DNA of 63,474 bases from an uncultured Tissierellaceae bacterium (GTDB taxonomy: Bacteria > Bacillota > Clostridia > Tissierellales > Tissierellaceae): contig CAZIII010000002.1 in the NCBI GenBank assembly GCA_964539425.1, forward strand, positions 1 through 63,474, written 5' to 3'. The notes below the pieces were generated by a model, which had not been told where the DNA came from, did no database searches, and saw only the letters and a program-made list of their open reading frames with translations. This document shows, piece after piece, positions 63,113-63,474 of this stretch. Numbering within the stretch: position 1 is the first letter of the stretch; each line of letters opens with the position of its first letter. A program made the translations under genes and the position numbers.

Positions 63113-63474
63113 TTATTTATAGTCTATTACTTTTTTCGGGCATTTTTTTGTACATCTACCACATACAATACATTCACTTTTATTAATAACAGGGTCTTTC
63201 TCTTCATCATCCCATGATATAGCATCTGCAGGACATGACTTTACGCATATTCCACATCTAATGCATCCTTCAGCTCCAACTTTATATCCATTTTTATTTT
63301 TACTTGAAAACAATGAAAATAAAGTTCCATAGGGGCATATGTATCTATGCCATAAATTTGATTCAAAAAATATAGTTAACAATACTCCAAGTCCAAATAG
63401 GATAGGAAGCACAGGTAATCTTTTACCTGTTTTAAAAACAAATATCATTGTTCCTAAAAACAGTATCAACACAG
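63113..63474 (-). CDS. 4Fe-4S binding membrane protein (NapH/MauN-like), C-terminal part; probably continues beyond the right edge
   Basis: TM helix, then WHRYICPYGTLFS and two ferredoxin motifs CIRCGICVKSCP and CIVCGRCTKKCP. The reading frame is open to the window end. Confidence 0.7.
   Translation of the reverse strand, partial: VLILFLGTMIFVFKTGKRLPVLPILFGLGVLLTIFFESNLWHRYICPYGTLFSLFSSKNKNGYKVGAEGCIRCGICVKSCPADAISWDDEEKDPVINKSECIVCGRCTKKCPKKVIDYK

Noticed and set aside
55355-63474. Genomic island integrated at tRNA-Leu(CAA)
   Set aside because: The genes downstream look accessory. However, I found no integrase, recombinase or transposase, no phage or conjugation genes, and no direct repeat of the tRNA 3' end by eye. 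I report it only as an accessory-looking stretch, not as a mobile element.

Overview
AT-rich chromosomal segment from a low-GC, spore-forming Firmicute (Clostridia/Tissierellia-like). Almost every gene is on the minus strand. As far as I recall B. subtilis gene order, the backbone matches two conserved blocks. The first is dnaK-grpE-hrcA-hemW-lepA-spoIIP-gpr / rpsT / holA-comEC ... comEA ... rsfS-yqeK-nadD-yhbY. The second is obg-rpmA-prp-rplU ... minEDC-(PBP2)-mreDCB-radC-maf. Upstream lie a complete rnfCDGEAB operon, a peptide-binding lipoprotein, an SLT transglycosylase, coaE and polA. Non-backbone material includes: (i) a 12.1-20.5 kb block between comEC and comEA carrying AlaX, a double-P-loop ATPase of unknown function, two tandem tiny hydrophobic peptide genes absent from the ORF track, tRNA-Sec (selC), an orphan OmpR-type response regulator and selB-selA-selD, where selD itself has an in-frame UGA (Sec) codon; (ii) RNase G plus a TIGR03960/TIGR03936-type radical-SAM pair, and a PplA-like double-FMN lipoprotein plus ApbE flavin transferase, between rplU and minE; (iii) a 55.3-63.5 kb accessory-looking stretch after tRNA-Leu(CAA). 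That stretch holds a Y-family polymerase behind LexA-like boxes with a coupled 79-aa ORF, DUF134 + Mrp/NBP35 ATPase, a soluble P-type-ATPase-like HAD protein, a UPF0316 membrane protein behind a long structured leader, a stand-alone eRF1-like (baeRF-type) protein, a GNAT, a D-cysteine desulfhydrase-family enzyme and a truncated NapH-like Fe-S membrane protein. Three tRNAs were found by hand-folding (Sec-UCA, Leu-GAG, Leu-CAA). I saw no rRNA, CRISPR array, transposase or integrase. All calls rest on reading the translations and sequence; no searches were run.
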